Below, piece by piece: positions 26,140 through 39,106 of a stretch of 64,000 bases of DNA. Origin of the DNA: Eledone cirrhosa (lineage: Eukaryota); contig OZ024740.1 of the NCBI GenBank assembly GCA_964016885.1, forward strand, positions 340,690,001 through 340,754,000. Direction: 5' to 3'. A model generated the notes under the pieces. It worked only from the letters and a program-made list of their open reading frames with translations, was not told the DNA's origin and ran no database searches. Made by a program: the position numbers and the translations under genes. How positions within the stretch are numbered: the stretch's first letter is position 1; every line of letters begins with the position of its first letter.

Positions 26140-28890
26140 ATTGATCAAGTGATTGTGTCTTGCTCGTATAGAACTGTATCTGGCAGGTTTTCTATGGCTG
26201 GATGCCCTTCCCAACACCAACCACATTTACAGTGTGGACTGGGAACCTTTTTACCGTGTCTCCTACATGACCACTTTACAACGTGGACTGGGTGCTTTTT
26301 GTCGTGACACCTACACCACTTTACTGTGTGGACTGGATGTTCTGTGGTACTAACATAACTTTACAGAGAAGGGGTGGTGTGGGTGGAAGTGGGAGGATGG
26401 AGTAGGGGTAGTGGGGTGAGGTGTATATTTGGTTGAGAGGTGCCTACAGACTGTAGGTTTAACTTCGTACGTAAGGGAAGGTGGGTCTTCTATATTACCA
26501 CATAGCGCCAAAGATCTCAATCCAATGACATTGTCTTAGAGAGGTGTAAGTATGCCAGGTCAGATTTTATCATGTTGTCGCATGTTTTTCTGGGTTTACC
26601 TACTCTATAGCTTCCATCAGTTTTGATTGCCCTGCACTTTTTATACAGCTGTCGTCTTTCATGTGCATCACATAACCATACCAACGTAGTCTCCTCTAAA
26701 GTAAACTGCATCTCATCCCTCTTCTTCCTAATTTCTCACTTAGTCAGTTTATGTTTTGCCGTTCATGTATATTACTATTACACATCCAACGGAGCATCCA
26801 TGACTCGCTCCTTTCCAATCTGCGCAGTTCCTCTGCACACAAAGCCCATGTCTCACTGCCATGTAACATTGCTGTTCATATACAAGCATCATACAATCTG
26901 CCTTTCATTTTTAGAGAGAAACCTTTTGTGGCCAACAGCGGTATAAGCTCTCTGAACTTTTTCCATCCCGTTCTAACTCTGGCTACTGTACTTTAAGAGC
27001 ACTCTCCACCCCTGCTGATTTTGTCACCCAGGTAACAGAGAGTGTCCACTATTTCTATAGAACCATCTGGGCAGTAGGAGCTAGTATCCTGTGGACACTT
27101 GTTACTTACTGCACCTGAGCATCTGCCACATACATAATCTATATTCGTAGATAGTTTACCTGTGATACCACTACATCTTTTATGTACCTATAGTTTGCAT
27201 TTGGGACATAGAATAGAATTTCTACCTACTCCTTTCCTACACACTGAGCATAGCCATTTCCCAGAGAGCACCTGTACCTTATTTTCCTTTTTACATACCA
27301 GAACTTTAGTCTTAGACAAGTTAACTTTAAGGCCTTTTGATTGTAGGCCATGCTTCCACGTTTGGAATTTCTTTTCTAGTTAAGCCATAGATTCAGCTAT
27401 GAGCGTTAGATTCATCTGCATATAGAAGTTCCCATGGGCCAATCTTAAACTTTTCTGTTATAGCCTGCAGGACAATAATAAACAGGAGGGGGCTAAGGAC
27501 AGAGTCTTGATGACACCTACTTTTACGCTAAACTCTTCACTATATTCATTATTAATTCTAATCTTGCTGACTGTTCCTCTGAACATGGTTTGTATAGCTC
27601 TCACAAGCCATCCATCTACTCATTGTTTTCTAAGAGCCCACCAGATAATGGAGCAGGTGACTCTGTCAAAGGCTTTCTCCAAGTCAACAAAAGCTAAGTA
27701 GAGGGGCTTACTTTTAGCTAGGTAATTCTCCTGTAGTTGCCTTACAAGGCAGAGGGCATCCGTGGTACTTTTACCCGGCACAAACCCAAAGTGCATCTCA
27801 TCTAGATCAATTCGGTCTCTAATCAGTTGTGCAATAACTCTTTCTGTGAACTTCATGACCTGGTCAACTAACTTAATACCTCTATAGTTTTCTCTATCTA
27901 GAGCATCTCCTTTGCCCTTGTAACAGTTAACGATGATGCTGCTACGCCAGTCATTTGGTATGACCCCATTCTGTATTACTTGGTTTACTATCAGGGTTAC
28001 CATAGTATGTTACACTATGCCTTGCCTATCTTCATATCTTTGATTGCCTTACTTATTATACTACCATTAACTTGCACAGCTGGTCCCTCTGTTGGATCGA
28101 TTTGGGGCAGACTATCTTTATCCCATTTATTCTCTTCACTTTGTAGTCTCTCGTAGTGACACTTCCAAGCTACCTTCTTATCAGTATCAGCGAGGGCAAG
28201 TACACCATCATCATTACAGACACACTTCTCCCCGACAATATCAGTTTTCTTTGACGCATTGTCTTGTACTCCCTAACACCTCACGTTGTAGAACATGCTT
28301 GAACTTTCTATCCTCTTCTTCCCTTTTTGCAAAGTGCACTTATTGCCTAGCTTCTCTCCTACCCACCTGATCGTGTTCTCTACTTCCCCCCACCCCTCCA
28401 TTCTTTCGAAGCCTGATTTTTGGCCTTGATTGTCTCCTCCACCTTACTGTTCCACCACCAAGTTACTCTCCTCCTGCCATAAGGTCTGCTCCAGCCACAT
28501 ATTTCATCTGTTGCCTTCAGCAGGTTAACCTTCAGGAATTTCCCCTTTTCCACTGGTCCTCTATACTGTACGTCTCTAATTGCTCTTCCTTACTGTCAAA
28601 AGCATCAAGTAATATGCTCTTAAATTTGTTACTGGTTGTGGAGTCCTTCAACTTCCATATTCTTCTCCTCAAGGTAGTCCTCTGTCATCGAGTACATCTA
28701 GTCCTGACTATGAGGTCACTAATTATTTTGCGAGGTGCCGTCTTCACAAGGGAGGTATTTAATGTTTACAACAGACACTCTGTCTCGTCTTCTAGTAAGG
28801 ATCTATCTGGCTGGTGTGCTCGCCTGATCTATAGGTGATCAAGTGATTGTCTCGTTTTTTGAGGTTTGTGTTACAGATAGTTAGGTTATT
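26140..28890 (-). mobile_element. RTE-clade LINE (PHD-in-RT family), internally deleted and degraded
   Basis: EN tail NHLITYRSG..SQID; RT YKGKGDAL..NYRGIKL, FGFVPGKST, FVDLEKAFD; C4HC3 finger; 3'UTR at 26140-26470. Confidence 0.92.
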
Positions 28891-28924
28891 AGCATGTATA
28901 TATATATGTATGTATATGTATGTG

Positions 28925-29435
28925 TCAGATCGCCCTCGAATGCTACTGGTAACATGTAACCCAGTACAACCTGTCTTATGGTCGGGTCGTTGGCGACTAA
29001 ACCGGCAACCCCACCAAGCTAGCTTGGTGAGGAGCGTGATATTTGGATACCCTGCGGGATGAGATACAAGATCCGGCAAAGGGTGGAAGAACTCAGCAGA
29101 GTCAATGGCCATCCAAATAATACTTTTTTTTTTTTTATAACCTGGGAGTGAAAGGCCCCCAGTTGTTGTCACAACACCTTTCTAGGAAAGAGAAACTCTG
29201 GAAAAAACCTGCGGCTTCAGAAGCAACCAATGATGTTGACTAGTTCTCCTTTTCGGATAGTGTTCAGAGAGTGGGATTGGTCGAGTGCAAGGCCTTTCCT
29301 CACTTCAAAATCCTTCAAAGCACAAGCATTGCTTGTTCAGGGTCTGTGTGACTGGCCGTAGCCTAAAAGTGCACCAAACTCTATCTATAACTCGACAACC
29401 AATTGCAGTACTCTTAGCAGAGTTTGCAGCCATCA
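28925..29435 (+). mobile_element. RTE 5'UTR-like non-coding element between TA microsatellites
   Basis: GC-rich start ggcgactaaaccggcaacccc; ctaggaaagagaaactctg; homologous to 14440-14848. Confidence 0.6.
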
Positions 29436-29453
29436 TATATATATATATGTCTA

Positions 29454-30600
29454 CTAGCTGAAGTACCCGCCTTCGTCCGGGAGAACAGTTAAGAGAAGAT
29501 GGATAAAAGAGAAAACGACTGTATTGGATACATTGTCTGGTTTACAGTATGAGGTGTGACCGTAATGTGTGTGTATGTGAGAGAGAGAGAGACATAAAAA
29601 AAAATCAATCATAAAACTTCTTTATTAGGCTGGGTCAGTAAACTGCCAATTAAATGGTAGCATTGACCTTGGATTTTAAATGTTGTGAAATAACCATAGT
29701 CAGTATGATCTTTTTCAGCTCCAAAGGACATCATCTGAAATGCAGCAATATACTGCATAACATTGCTTCTGAAGTGTTTAGCTTCATTAGTATGGTCTGT
29801 AAGCAGTATATGGATAAAAGCTGGAGGGTCCTCTATCAGTGGAAGTGTGACATTTCCTCCTAAGCAACACATGCCAAGTGTAATATCCATGCTACCAATC
29901 GCGACTTTAGAATCATTTCTATAAATCTTCGATGGATCATATGAAAACGCAGCTCTTAGCCAGTTTTCACTGCCTTGAAGAGTCGTTTGTGATTGTATCT
30001 CTCTCTCTCTGCGTCTCTCTCCCTTTAGATGTGTGCGTGTGTGTTCGTTATGTCAGTCATCACAGAAATGTATGTATACATACGCTTGTCAGTCAGCACA
30101 TATGTATATGTATGTGTAGATGAATTTGTGTTTAATTTTCTGTGCAACTTACTTAGGCCTAATGTACCTAATGAATGTGCAAACACACACAGACACATGC
30201 GCATTCATATACAAAATGTAACATCTACACTCTTACACACATATACTTGTCTGTCAACACATATAAATATGAATGTGTAGATGTGTGTGTGTGTTTAACT
30301 CTCTGAGGCCTAACATATGTAACAAATGCACAAACACACACACACTCACAGACACATACACACTCATATACAAAATGTGACGTCGTGGTGGTGGTATAAA
30401 ATGTCCTTTAGTTGACTATAGAAAGATTAATTTAGATAAAATGTTATATTCTTTTAATCGAAATGAAAATAGAAATTACATGTTGACACTCCCAGGGTCT
30501 AATACTATTATTACCTTGTAAAATTTGATTTGATTTGGTTGAGCCGTTTGAGAATGCATAGGAAACAAACAGACAGAGAGACAAAGAATTTTATATATAT
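29454..30600 (-). mobile_element. Non-autonomous Helitron with a RepHel N-terminal fragment
   Basis: Minus-strand 3' end CCCG-gacgaagg-CGGG hairpin, 8 nt, CTAG|T. ORF 29609-29890 GMCC..GNV.LP..PP..KHF..Y..AFQM.SFGA..FKIQGQCYHLIGSLL. 5' end TATATATAAAA..gtctgtttg. Confidence 0.9.
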
Positions 30601-30809
30601 CTATAAAATTCTTTGTCTCTCTCTCTATATATATACATATATATTCTTTTACCTGTTCCAGCCATTCAGCTGAAGCCATCCTTGGGCACTGCCCTTGTTG
30701 CTATACATTCTATCTCCAGTCTGTGTTGGCTGGCCATTGGTGTAAGCGGGAGTTTGTTGCTGCTGCCCTTAGGTTACTTTTGTACCATGCTGTGGGCTCA
30801 TCCGTGATC

Positions 30810-31113
30810 CTAGATATCTCAAATTTCTTGGCAGCTTGTTGAAGAGTTGAGGGCCTTTGACACCCAAGCTATTGCAATATCTGTTCTTTATTCTGGATGT
30901 GAAAGACTGGATGTTTGGCACCACACCATGACGTCCTGTTTGGGGGTTGGTCCAGCTCTCAATGCCAAAGTTTGGTGCTAGTTCCTCCAGAATTTTCCAT
31001 ATGTATATCACTGTGTATCTCTCCCATCTTTGTTCCAAGGAGTAGAGTTTCAGTTCTTTTAGTCTCTCCCAGTAGCTCACCTCCTTCATCGAGGCAATCC
31101 TCTTGGTGTAGCT
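30810..31113 (-). mobile_element. CR1-clade ORF2 C-terminal fragment (second family)
   Basis: SYTKRI..YWERLKELKLYSLEQRWERY..KGPQLFNKLP. Confidence 0.85.
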
Positions 31114-31383
31114 TATGTATGTTATATTCTTATTCCTACACTGTCTCTCAGTATATCTTATACTATATACTACGTTCCTAGTTTTGCAGTTAGTTTGCAG
31201 GCTTAGCTTGCAGACTATGCATTTCCTATCAGCACAGGGGGATCTTTGAAATGGGTGTTTTGCTAATAAGGGTTTTATGGGAGTACCTGGTCTTTCAACT
31301 ATCTTAATATTTAATTTGAGCTTGTCTAAGGCCCTTCTAAATCTGTAAGCTAGTTCACCTCTAGGGGTTGTATTGATGAACAT
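31114..31383 (-). mobile_element. PLE fragment: RT-EN linker and first half of GIY-YIG
   Basis: TPRGEL..IKIVERPG..PC....C..C......C..RNVVYSI....C.....YI. Confidence 0.75.
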
Positions 31384-31466
31384 TACACTCTGGTATTTAT
31401 TGCTATCATACTATGAGTTTATTTTATTTGCCTTATTCCTAATCCTTTCTATTCTGTTCCAAATTC

Positions 31467-32445
31467 AGGTTCTTATAGCAGAATCAGTAGAGGAGCTAAA
31501 GAATAAATTCTGGCTATGGAAACAGCAGTTAGAATCAAGAGGACTGAGAGTGAACCTAGCTAAGACAAAAGTGTTGATAAGTAGAAAAGAGGACAAAACT
31601 CTGATTCCATCAGGGAAATGGCCATGTTCGATATGTAGAAAAGGAGAGGGTATAAATTCTATAAAATGTACACAGTGCAGATCTTGGGTACACAAAAAAT
31701 GTAGTGGGATAGCAGGCAAACAAACAGATAGGGAAAACTACATATGCAGTAGATGCACAGGGAAATTTGACAGTAGAAGTCGCAGTGATAGACACATTTT
31801 CCAAATGCAGGTGGGTTCTATAGAAGTGGTTGATAGCTTCCGGTACCTAGGTGATCAGATTAGCCTGGGAGGGGGGTGTTCCGAGGCCATACTATCTAGA
31901 ATAAGGACGGGTTGGAAGAAGTTTAGGGAGCTGCTTCCTCTGTTGACAAAGGGTTTCTCCTTGCATACGAAAGGCTGGTTATATGATGCCTGTGTGAGAT
32001 GTGTGATGTTGCATGGTAGTGAGACATGGGCAGCAACTGCAGAGGATATGCGACGGCTGGAGAGAAATGAAGCAAGCATGCTCCGTTGGATGTGCAATAT
32101 CAATGTGCGTGAACGGCCGAGCATAGATGAGTTGAGAGTGAAATTATGTATAAGAGGAATAAGTTGTATTGTGTGGGAGAGAAGACTGCGATAGTATGGA
32201 CATGTGATGTGCATGGAGGATGACCGCTGGGTAAAGAAGTGCCAAGAAATCTCAGTAGAAGGAAGATGCAGTAGAGGAAGACCATGAAAAACATGGGCGG
32301 AGGTGGTGAGAGCAGACCTCGGATTGTTGAAGGTCATGGAGGAGATGACGAAGGACTGTGACAAGTGGAAAGATGTTTTGCTGAATAGGACCTGTCCCAC
32401 CCTTGCAAGCAGGGAAAAGTGGATGTAAAATGATGATGATGATGA
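31467..32445 (+). mobile_element. RTE LINE 3' fragment (PHD-in-RT)
   Basis: GLRVNLAKTKV, C4HC3 finger, FRYLG, MLHGSETW; (GAT)n tail. Confidence 0.92.
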
Positions 32446-32499
32446 TATATATACATAGGTCTGTTAGCTGCCAAACTTTCCTTCTCCATATTTTCCTGT

Positions 32500-32718
32500 C
32501 CATAACTACCAGTCTCCCCTCTTCATGCCACCAATGTTGCCCCAGGAAAAGGCAATGACTGATGCAGCTTGGCACCAGTGACATCGCAACTCATTTCTAC
32601 AGGTGAGTAACCAGGAGCAATGGGAAATAAAGTGTCTTGCTGAAGGGTACAACACATCACCTGGTCAGAGAATTGAACTGAAAACTGCAAGCCTAATGCT
32701 CTAGCCACTAAACCACAT
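32500..32718 (-). mobile_element. tRNA-derived SINE, family B
   Basis: Homologous to 58465-58805. Confidence 0.8.
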
Positions 32719-32734
32719 GATGATGATTTTCCTG

Positions 32735-33135
32735 TGTTCCTTATTCTGATGTGGCTATTAACTAACTTATGTTGGGCAATGCATTCTTCTTTGGGGAAGG
32801 TCTTAACATATATAGCCATCTATCTGTCTCATTTTCTTACAAGTACGAAGTCAATTTGGCTTGTGTGTTTGTCTGATTGGTAAGTGATCATGAGGTTGCC
32901 CAGTTTGCTGAAGTTAATATTGCAAACGGTTAGTTCATTTGCATCACAGAATTCCCTATTTTCGAGCCATAACCATAGTCACCGTGTACCCCTGTGTAGT
33001 CATCATTGTCAATTGCCTAACATGTCAATTGAAGTCACCTGCCAGGATGATGAGGTCTCTGTCATTAATTACCGAAGTTGCATGAAAACGTTCCTCATAG
33101 AAACGGTCCTTGTTTTCTTTACTCAGTCCTATATT
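32735..33135 (-). mobile_element. RTE APE endonuclease fragment
   Basis: LIILAGDFN, SQID, EECIAQHKLV. Confidence 0.8.
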
Positions 33136-33743
33136 TAAATATACATATATATATGTACACACACATATATATGGTGTTCGGTTATATATATATATATATA
33201 TATTCATTACTCGTTTAACACTTCAGATTAACTGTAGCTATGGAACTATCGTAATATTTTAATTCTGTTTGTCTGCGTGACTTTCTCTTTTTCAATTAAT
33301 GAAATGTTGTTGACTGCAACATCTGTTATTTAACGAACTACACTCACTCACTCCTTCACTATACTTGGTCGTTCGCTCACTCAGTCGCCGGTATTAGTTT
33401 GTTTGCTAACCGCGGAAGCACTTTCTTTTTCTTTCGAAGGGAGCTGTGCTGCATCAGCTTGTCTTGCTTAAAATGTATTAAATTTTAAATATTACATGTC
33501 TCCGAGACGAGTGTAATAGTAAAAATTTGTTAATTTTAACTACAGTTAATTGATAAATTAGATTAAAATTGTGATGGTGAAATTTTTTCTCCGGCTTTTG
33601 ATGTGTTTTGAACGAATATGGCCTTCACAATTATCATAAATCACTCATTTTCTTTGGTTCCATCACCAGAGAACTGTTTCAATAAAAAAATTAATCGGGG
33701 TATCGGGATGTGTACGAACGATCTCCAGTATCAGCTTAATGTG

Positions 33744-33800
33744 CTGTGGCTCCCAAACTTATTTTGTTGCGGAACCCTTATACGATTTTCCAGTGAAACA
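33744..33800 (+). mobile_element. Possible hAT (Charlie-like) terminal remnant
   Basis: ctgtggctcccaaactt..gcggaaccc resembles CAGTGGTTCCCAAAC termini; no partner end found. Confidence 0.4.
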
Positions 33801-34694
33801 AACATTGTTTTTGGAAAAGAACTAATTCATATGAAAATATATAGTAGATTTTTTATAAAACGCATCCATCTCTCAAAACCCTCTTTGGGAAACAATGGTC
33901 TACTTTTTAAGTTTTACAGTTTGAGTGTAAAGGGACGTAACTTTATACAGAACGTCTTAATATAGCTATTATTAGGTGGTTGTTTTTTTGTTTTTAGACG
34001 CTCTGGGAATGAAATATAGCATTTTTATATCTTCTGTTGAATCATTTTTTAGCTGAAATTATTCAATTAAATATCATTTTTATGGGATAAAATAATAGGA
34101 ATCATTACAAAATGTTCATTATCAAATAATCCTGTTATTTCACGAAAGCACTCTGAAAATTAAAATCCAACACGAGGCTAAGGAGAAAACGTGATAATCG
34201 ACATGCTAGAAACAATAGTAAGATGTTTTCAAACCACACACTCCAGGTTTTAAATGGAATGCACTGTGTGATGCAGCTAAAGATACATTACGTCTGAAAA
34301 AATCTGACACGATGTTGGATTTTATTTTTTGTCAGTGTTGCTTTTCTAAATACAAGCAACGTGTTTTCCATTAAAAAGTATATATGATAAACAAAAGCAA
34401 GTGTCTTCGTATTTCAATATTAAAGGACGACAATATATTCGATAATGAAAGTAAATAAATGAGATCCGGGTTGTACTGTAGTGTCACAAAAATGTTTAAT
34501 TAGTTAATTTGTAGAGAATTATTATTTCTGCCCATAATAAAGAATATTGCTGGATAACATTTAACAATGTCTTGTTCACATTCTCCACTGGTCGATAAAT
34601 ATATGTAGCTGTGACTAAACAAATGTTTTTTTCTCCGTTCTCCTTCCTCTTCTCACTCTCTATCTTTCTATTTCATCTTTTATTTCTCATTCTA

Positions 34695-34732
34695 TCTTAT
34701 GAGGAAGGACTAGTGTCCGAAACGTTCAGACT
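34695..34732 (+). ncRNA. Degenerate PLE-type minimal hammerhead
   Basis: ATGAGGA a GGAC tagt GTCC GAAACGTT (palindromic stem III); position 3 non-canonical, weak stem I. Confidence 0.45.
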
Positions 34733-35714
34733 ATTCCTACTATATCAATCGTTAAACTAATATATTTTTCATTGTACTGTGTCGTTTGCTTTATTTCTGT
34801 TTGTTTTTTTAAATATCTGTAACTAACTATATCAGCCAATATAAATTGTACATAGGCTTCGATTTCGACATAATGAAAATAATGCATAGAAATATTACCA
34901 GAAAAGATGAATGTTACAAATAAACACTAACGAGTGGGAATCACAAACGCAATGGAGGTGAACTCGGCATTCTACAAGTTTGTGTGTGTGTGTGTATCTG
35001 GGGAAGAAAACATATTGACAAAAAGGTTTGGTATCATTGATAGAACGGTAGGGAGCTGCAGATTCTACACCCCAGTCTAGGCAGTATATCTCAGCTACAC
35101 CGGTAGACAAAATGGCGAATGCATTGTCGCAGAGACCAGCCAGCGACACCCACTGCATCAGCCACTCCACTTCACGGAGCTCGTTTCTCAGGTGGGATAC
35201 ACTCCTCCCAATTTTGCGGAGGAAAACAATACCTCAAGAATGGAGGACATATTAACAACCATAGTTATGTTGGTGGTGGACACTGGTATCACACTCTTGC
35301 CCAATTTGTTTGATCAGCAGATGATCTGTGTGGTTTTGATCTAAAAAAAACTAAAAAAACACCCTTCTTTGATTACATTTCATTTTTCCATGCATAAGTG
35401 CTTCCTCAATCAAAAATACAAAATACAACACATATCGAGATTATTAGCTCCTGGATTCATTGTTCTAACCATATCGGACTTCACAGAATGCTTGTTGATC
35501 CAGAGCTAGACCATAAAAGGGACAAAGATCATTTGTTAGAAGTCATCTCACAGTATACTGGTGAAGACTGACAGACAAATTTCTTGTTTTAGAAGAAAGT
35601 CGTATTTAATTTCGTCAGATTGGAACATATCATGAGGCCATCTAATTTGATTGGTAGTTAAATTATATTTATGGTAGAACACAGCTTTTTTTGCCTAAGT
35701 AATTCTAAGGAAGG

Positions 35715-35935
35715 ACCCATAGGATAAATTTTACATGCAAAACCAGCCGGCAGGAAACTTACCAGGCGTTGACTCCGAGCAAGATGGTTGGATAACATCC
35801 ATGAGCTCAACTAGTCTCGTTTGGGATCCAGCCGGATCAATTGGAGATGGTTGCTTCTGACAAGACCCGTAGGAAGGTGTGCTTGAGGACCCTGTCCCAC
35901 GACCTTCATTGAAATAAGTGGACGAAGAACAGTAG
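35715..35935 (+). mobile_element. RTE-type 3' remnant (also at about 52425-52575)
   Basis: Shared aagatggttggataacatcca..ggatccag..aaggtgtg..tgaggac. Confidence 0.6.
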
Positions 35936-36090
35936 ATCATCATTTATGCATATAAATAAACACAATTTGTATTTTAAAAAAACTGGGAGAAGACACGCAC
36001 ACACAATCACACGCCATATATTTGAAGATTTTAAGGTAAACAAGTAGCTATAACTACCGTTTTTAAATTAGAGGCCTTTGTAGTGAAAAG

Positions 36091-36408
36091 AATGAGGTGT
36101 GAAGAGTAAACACTCTCAACTATTCCTCTACACAGAGACACACGTAAGAGAATGTTCTTATGTATTTCATACATTATTGCATCTTAATAAAGGTATGCAC
36201 GTCATGCAAATTAGACTGGCATTTTCAGGTATTTTCTACATTCTATAATATATATAGCGTTATTATAGCATTATTCCACCGTACACAGAATCATAAAGGT
36301 TGTTATTTTCCGATGAGGACACAATAATGTATGAAATGCATAGGAATAATCTCTTACGTTTTTTTGTGTATGGAGGAATAGTTAAGTGTTTATTCTTCAC
36401 ACTTCATT
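36091..36408. mobile_element. Head-to-head inverted PLE pLTR remnants; hammerhead fold at 36303-36349
   Basis: About 100-bp inverted arms 36091-36190 and 36310-36408. Right arm TTATTTT CCGATGA..GAA ATGCAT A GGAATAA. Confidence 0.65.
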
Positions 36409-36410
36409 AT

Positions 36411-36738
36411 TACGTCCCTTTACAGTCTGAGTTCAAATCCCGCCGAGGTTAACTTTGTCTTTCATCCTTACGGGGTCGATAAAATAAAGTACCAGTAATG
36501 TACTGGGTAATTGCTGGCCTTGTGCCTAAAGTAGAAACAATTATTTTGACCGATAAGGTTCCTTGTTTAAAAAAAAAAAAAAATGCAGTTATATCAATGT
36601 TAAGTTTACTTTAAAATCTGACTATTATTCATCCCGCCGAGGTTAACTTTGCCTTTCATCCTTACGGGGTCGATAAAATAAAGTACCAGTAATGTACTGA
36701 GTATTTGATGGCCTTGTGCCAAAAATAGAAACAATTAT
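36411..36738 (+). mobile_element. Two 5'-truncated family A SINEs (36411-36546, 36632-36738)
   Basis: gagttcaaatcccgccgaggttaacttt..gtcgataaaataaagtaccagt. Confidence 0.88.
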
Positions 36739-37584
36739 TTACCGAAAACAAATAAAAAAAATATTGCCAGCCGGTACCAAAGAGGAACTTTTCTGCTGAG
36801 ATTGAGTCCAACGTAAAATTATAAATGCAAGTGAATTCTGTTTCTATTCTCTTAAAACATTGAAGAATTTGTTTCCTTTTAGTGGATAGGGATGAATTAA
36901 TTAACTATTCTCGTGGCACGTCTGTGCAACAGGCAGGTGTCATCGATTTACTTTTAAATGCTTTAGTTCTTTCAAACCAAATTTGAATTATGAACACAGT
37001 CATTGCCTGACCGTATACCTTTTGAAGAGACACACAACCTATATTAACAAAAGTAATTTTAACGAAATGAAAATCCAGCATGTAGGATTTTTTCTGGTAT
37101 AAAACACTACATTCATTTAATATACAGTGTTCTATTTTTACGACGTAGGGTGTGTGACTCGAGAGAGATTTACTTGCTGTTTCTAGCATGTAGATTGACT
37201 TAAGAGTTTCTCGATGGAGAGAAGAGGGCTTTCGCAAAGAAGGAAAGCATTCAATATAGAACATTTCCGTAATAATTTATTTTGGAAAAAATTCTAAATT
37301 ATCTGCTGTTTTATGTTTTACCTAAATAAATAATAAACAGTAAATTTATATTCTCTGTTGAATAATTTTCTTATATTTTACTTAAAAACAAAAACATTCT
37401 AAAAATAGCAGTGTTGTTATGAAGCTTGGTGTATCAAGTTACGTCCCTTTGCGTTTAAACGTTAAATTTTATAGACAAGTCGGTTGCACATACAAAATTC
37501 TCTAAGGAAAACAAGCTGACCGTAGCACAATGTAAATCTTCCGCTGCCAATAAATATAATAGCAATGTATCTTCCGTCGATTTT

Positions 37585-37922
37585 AAAGACGAGTGTTCCA
37601 GTTGTTCGATCAAGCTACTCATTGCATTATAGTGTGACTTACACTACATCCTCACTCTATATTCCATAGACACGTGTACTTTTAATGTAAACTAAAGAAG
37701 AATCAACGTGACATAGCATGACAAATCGACTGCTTTGAATTATAGGTACTGTCCACCCGATCTGTAATACAAAAGCGTCCGTCTACCTATTTTCACTCAC
37801 AAGGACTGGGTCGGTTCGAAGCTATGGTAAAAGACAATTATCCAAGGTTACACGCAATGAGATCGAACTCGGGTTCTCATATTCCTGAAACGAATTTCTT
37901 GACCATTCGACCATGCCTACGC
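37585..37922 (-). mobile_element. Degraded tRNA-SINE(s)
   Basis: gtgttccagttg..cgatc body as at 43570; gatcgaactc B-box complement. Confidence 0.6.
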
Positions 37923-38489
37923 CCATTTACCATTGCTATTAACATCTTCGTAATCATCGTTATTTTATCAGCAAAAATTAATCTCGCTTTACACCATGAT
38001 TCATATTTTTTTTTGTTTTTTATGCCCCCCGCCCCTCATCTCTGTATTTCTTCGTCTTTTCGTTTATTTTTACCATTTCTTCGCCCCCCCCCTCCTATTT
38101 TTACCTTCATTTTTTTAATTTCTTGTTAGTTTTCCCACTCACTATCTTCCATTTTCTCTTTCTACTCACTCTCTCGCTAATTATCTTATTCACAACCCCT
38201 CTCTCCTTTACTCTCGGTTTCTCTGCTATCTTACTAACGGCAACCTGTTGAAGATAAACTCATAATGATGTAATATTTCCACCTCTTCCTCCCACTTAGC
38301 TTTCTCTTTCATTCCCACTTACCTACTCACACTACCGCCCTGGTCTTATTTTAGCTTCCTCATTTCTTCCTCTCTTACTATTCCTCCTCTCACCCACTAT
38401 ATCTCTCCCTTTTTTTTCAAAGTTAAATCTTTCCGTCTAATTATCAACCCCACTTTTTTTTTACTCCTTTCTCTCCATCCTCTATATTT

Positions 38490-38664
38490 CCTCTTTACAT
38501 CTTTCTCTCTTTCTCACTTCTCTCTCCCAGTATTTTCCTCTTTAGATCTTTCTCTCTCTCCTCTCTCCTTATTTTTCTTTGAGACATTTCTCTCTCTCCT
38601 CCACCTCTTGTACGTCCCTCTTTTTCTTTCTCTCTCTCTCATCCCTCCCCCTATTTTTCTCTTT

Positions 38665-38733
<69 letters not shown>

Positions 38734-38765
38734 CTCCTCCCTGTATTTTCCTCTTTAGATCTTTT
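38490..38765. repeat. (CT)n pyrimidine-rich repeat
   Basis: Perfect (CT) run at about 38669-38731 inside a repeated ttttcctctttagatct unit. Confidence 0.9.
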
Positions 38766-39055
38766 TCACTACTCCCTCCCGCTATTTTCTCACATTATCT
38801 TATTCAATATCAGTAAAAATTACATCTCCACTCACTCTATTTCCTACTGCTAATGTATACATACATAGCTGACTTATGCACTTCTGGGGTGTATATTGCA
38901 GTCTACTGTACAAGCAGTGGGTATATATATATATATATATATATATAGTAATAATAATAAATTTGAAGACTAAAATCCAAAGAGGGCTCGATAAGGATAA
39001 ATATATATCAAATATATAAGAACCGCAGAGCAAATATTTATTAAAATAACATTAA

Positions 39056-39106
39056 AGTTTAAGCAAAGAATCGCTGCTTTCACCCTTAACGGGATCTTCT
39101 GAAACT
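39056..39106 (-). ncRNA. Type I hammerhead ribozyme variant in the 3' pLTR
   Basis: AGTTT CAGAAGA tCCC gttaa GGGt GAA AGCAG cgattct TTGCT T AAACT: all three stems pair. Confidence 0.7.

Noticed and set aside
33690-33760. Minus-strand peptide VWEPQHIKLILEIVRTHPD resembling FkbM methyltransferases
   Set aside because: No downstream GANIG motif, no splice context, and it overlaps a hAT-like terminus.
34990-35330. GC-richer island with AAAATGGCG, possible promoter or first exon
   Set aside because: No recognisable product or linked exons; could equally be a TE 5' remnant.
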